Shown piece after piece: positions 13,183 through 15,639 of a stretch of DNA of 15,639 nt. The stretch is from a candidate division FCPU426 bacterium. GTDB lineage: Bacteria > Oederibacteriota > JAAXVQ01 > JAUVAV01. Numbering within the stretch: position 1 is the first letter of the stretch; the number at the start of each line of letters is the position of its first letter. Made by a program: the position numbers and the translations under genes. The DNA lies in contig DAOWGI010000043.1 in the NCBI GenBank assembly GCA_030637655.1, forward strand, positions 1-15,639, written 5' to 3'. Under the pieces are notes generated by a model that saw only the letters and a program-made list of their open reading frames with translations, did not search any database and had not been told where the DNA came from.

Positions 13183-15609
13183 TTACTTGACGGCCGTAAT
13201 CTTTAGTATAATCACGACCTGCTTGTGGTCTTTGCTCTGCTCGAATTTCAAGCGCGAAAGCAGGCGCATAACCTTCTTCTTCAAATCCTTATTATTGAAG
13301 GTGTCCTTTTTCACATCCACTTTCACAACCTTGCCTTTGTCATCTACGGTCAGGTGTACTTCATATTCTCCGGATTTTCCGGTTTGGGCGATCACCTGCG
13401 CAATGTAGTTTTGTTGTTTGGCAATAGCTTTTTCCACCTGCGCTTTATCCAGTTGTCCTTTAATCTTTTGCACTTGAATCTTGCAGCTTTGGATAAGCTG
13501 TTTGTATTCTGCGCGGTCCGTTTTTTCTTCCGTTTTTTCTTCCTCTGCTACTCCCGGCTTTGAAAGCGGGGACGGTGCCGACGCGCGAGTGCTCATCAAA
13601 CTGTGCCTGGTGCCAATTCCTTTTCGTTTGTAAGATTTTTTCCTTTTTACCGCGTAGGAAGAAGCACGCGGGGCCTTGGCAGGCTGACTGCCGCCCACTG
13701 CTTGGTTGGATACGCCTTGCGGTAAGGGCAGCGGTTGTTTGACTGTATACCGTGGTTTGCCGTCCGTGCGTTTTTTCGTATCCACAGCCACAAATGAGGT
13801 GTAGTCGGTTAATAAATTATAGTCTAATCCGAGTTGGGTCACTTGTTTCACGCGTTTGTCATCAGGCGACAATTTCACCATATCCGCCAAGCGAATAATA
13901 CGATGGCGCGCCCACAGATAACGCAGAGCCTTGTTCTTGGTCGAAATCTTACCTTCGCTAATACGAATGGTCTGTTTGTATTCCTGCCCGGCTGTTTTAC
14001 CGGTAATTGTCACAGTCCCGCGCGGCGTGCCCTGGTATTTGCCAAACACGACCACTGGTTTTTTGGCAAACATATCCGGAATGGACTGCGGTTCCACGTC
14101 ACTGACGTTCATGCCATTGAATTTCACTTTAATGTCCGTTAAAACCGGAGCTTCAATGTATTCTCTGAATTGTTTGGCCTTACGCGCGGCTTCTTTTTGG
14201 TTCAGGATAATAAACGGTTCACCCATACCGGCTCGTGCCATACCCTCGATTAGAAAGCGATTGACTGAGCTGCCAATACCAAAGGTGAATACATTGCCCT
14301 TGTTCAAATTGTTGCGGATATATTCAAAAGCATCTTTTTCCACGGACACATACCCGTCGGTCACAATAATCATGCTGCGGGAGATGTTCTCTTCTGCGCG
14401 CGGCAAAGCCATGGCTGCGCGCAAGGCCGGCATGAGCTCAGTTCCGCCGCCGCCGCGCTGGCGCGCGACCAGAGCAATGGCTTTTTGCAGATTAGCTTGG
14501 TTGGCAGGCAGCGAGCTCTCTGAGAGCACCCGGTTGCTGCCGGCAAAGAGCATCACATTAAAGAAATCCGTAGAACGTAAATTGCCGAGCAGATCTTTCA
14601 TCAAGCCTTTGGCCACATTCAGGGGGAATCCGTGCATGGATCCGGAGATATCAATGATGAAAATATATTCGCGCGGAACAATCATTTTGGTCTCAACCCG
14701 CTTGGGCGGTTCAAGCATGAGCAGGAAAAAATCCTCTTTTTTGCCTATATTCATCAACAACCCGCTCTCGATCTTATCGCCGGCTAAACTGTATTGAATT
14801 ACTACATCGCGATTGTTGGTGGTGTTGCTCTCTTTCAGGCCAAGGTGCGCGCTGGTTTTGCCGGTATACTCAATATCCACATCATGGCTGGGACTGGTCA
14901 GCTTGGCAATTGGAATACCACTGTTGATAGTCAGGCCAAACCCAAACGTGAAAGGAGCATCTTTGCCCTCTTCCAAATACGGGTTGGCAACCCACTTGTC
15001 CTGCGGACCGGCCGAGGCTTCGGTCTGATTGGAATAGCGCGGACCCACCACTGTGGGATAAACAAATTCATAGGTGCTGTCTTTTGGCACTAAAAGTTCA
15101 GTATAATTTAATTCCACTTTGATCTCATCTTTGGGAAGGATGTTGCCCACATTCATCTGGAATACATTGGGCCGCTGCTGCTCAAGCAAGGAGGCGGTCC
15201 TGCCTGCTTGCAAGGCTTTTTCATAGGTCTCTCTGGCTTTTTGGCGTTCCTGTATCTCGGCTTCAATCACGCGGCGGCCTATGGTCATGCGCATGGCATA
15301 GACCGCAGCGCGGGATGAGGCTGGAAAAATGTATATGGCTTCCAAGGTGTTCTTGCCCTCGTTCTTATATACCTGGGTAACTTTCACGTCCGCGATCACA
15401 CCGGAGATGGTTACATCCGCGCGTGTGCTCTTGAGCGGCAGTTTGTCCACTGTTGGATCATCACTCTTTATAAAAAAATAGGGCGAAAGCGTTTTGTCCA
15501 AATTTTGCTCCGGCCTTAAAACCGTCTCAGCTGTTCCCACCAATGGGAGTGCTGCGCAAAAGGCGCTGATCAACAACAGGTGCTTCAAATAGTTTTTAAA
15601 ACGTTTCAT
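13183..15609 (-). CDS. Secreted VIT-vWA (inter-alpha-trypsin-inhibitor-like) protein with a C-terminal TonB-C / AgmX-PglI-like domain
   Basis: RBS AAGGAGGA and a signal peptide. VIT domain LPLKSTRADVTISGVIADVKVTQVYKN...EAIYIFP...ASLLEQQRPNVF. vWA MIDAS FIIDISGSM / GGTEL / IIVTDGY. LLTDYTSFVAVD. Low-complexity linker, then a ~100-aa alpha/beta tail. Confidence 0.88.
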   Translation of the reverse strand: MKRFKNYLKHLLLISAFCAALPLVGTAETVLRPEQNLDKTLSPYFFIKSDDPTVDKLPLKSTRADVTISGVIADVKVTQVYKNEGKNTLEAIYIFPASSRAAVYAMRMTIGRRVIEAEIQERQKARETYEKALQAGRTASLLEQQRPNVFQMNVGNILPKDEIKVELNYTELLVPKDSTYEFVYPTVVGPRYSNQTEASAGPQDKWVANPYLEEGKDAPFTFGFGLTINSGIPIAKLTSPSHDVDIEYTGKTSAHLGLKESNTTNNRDVVIQYSLAGDKIESGLLMNIGKKEDFFLLMLEPPKRVETKMIVPREYIFIIDISGSMHGFPLNVAKGLMKDLLGNLRSTDFFNVMLFAGSNRVLSESSLPANQANLQKAIALVARQRGGGGTELMPALRAAMALPRAEENISRSMIIVTDGYVSVEKDAFEYIRNNLNKGNVFTFGIGSSVNRFLIEGMARAGMGEPFIILNQKEAARKAKQFREYIEAPVLTDIKVKFNGMNVSDVEPQSIPDMFAKKPVVVFGKYQGTPRGTVTITGKTAGQEYKQTIRISEGKISTKNKALRYLWARHRIIRLADMVKLSPDDKRVKQVTQLGLDYNLLTDYTSFVAVDTKKRTDGKPRYTVKQPLPLPQGVSNQAVGGSQPAKAPRASSYAVKRKKSYKRKGIGTRHSLMSTRASAPSPLSKPGVAEEEKTEEKTDRAEYKQLIQSCKIQVQKIKGQLDKAQVEKAIAKQQNYIAQVIAQTGKSGEYEVHLTVDDKGKVVKVDVKKDTFNNKDLKKKVMRLLSRLKFEQSKDHKQVVIILKITAVK

Positions 15610-15639
15610 GTTATCCTCCTTATTTTTTCGGCGCAGCTG

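Noticed and set aside
13931-14797. 288-aa plus-strand ORF
   Set aside because: Antisense shadow of the VIT-vWA gene, with no motifs or RBS.

Overview
Bacterial DNA from a diderm organism: it encodes TolC and a PorV/PorQ-like outer-membrane barrel. Proteins with a TP-rich linker plus FlgD-Ig/T9SS-like tail suggest a poorly cultured lineage, but this is inference and the taxon cannot be determined here. Left to right: (1) an unannotated, frameshifted and truncated REP-associated (IS200/RAYT-type, HUH) transposase remnant with short palindromes and three GTAG-type REP hairpins; (2) an ABC-F ATPase of the Uup type on the + strand; (3) a minus-strand cluster of a secreted 7-repeat beta-propeller with a T9SS-like C-terminal sorting domain, a PorV/PorQ-like barrel fused to a PhnD-type substrate-binding domain, and an orphan membrane histidine kinase with an atypical H-box; (4) a tolC-macA-macB efflux operon whose adaptor has a very short alpha-hairpin; (5) a second REP and palindrome-rich spacer; (6) a secreted VIT-vWA protein with a TonB-C/AgmX-like tail. 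The most novel candidate is the cargo / barrel-SBP fusion / kinase cluster, which could be a trans-envelope sensing module.
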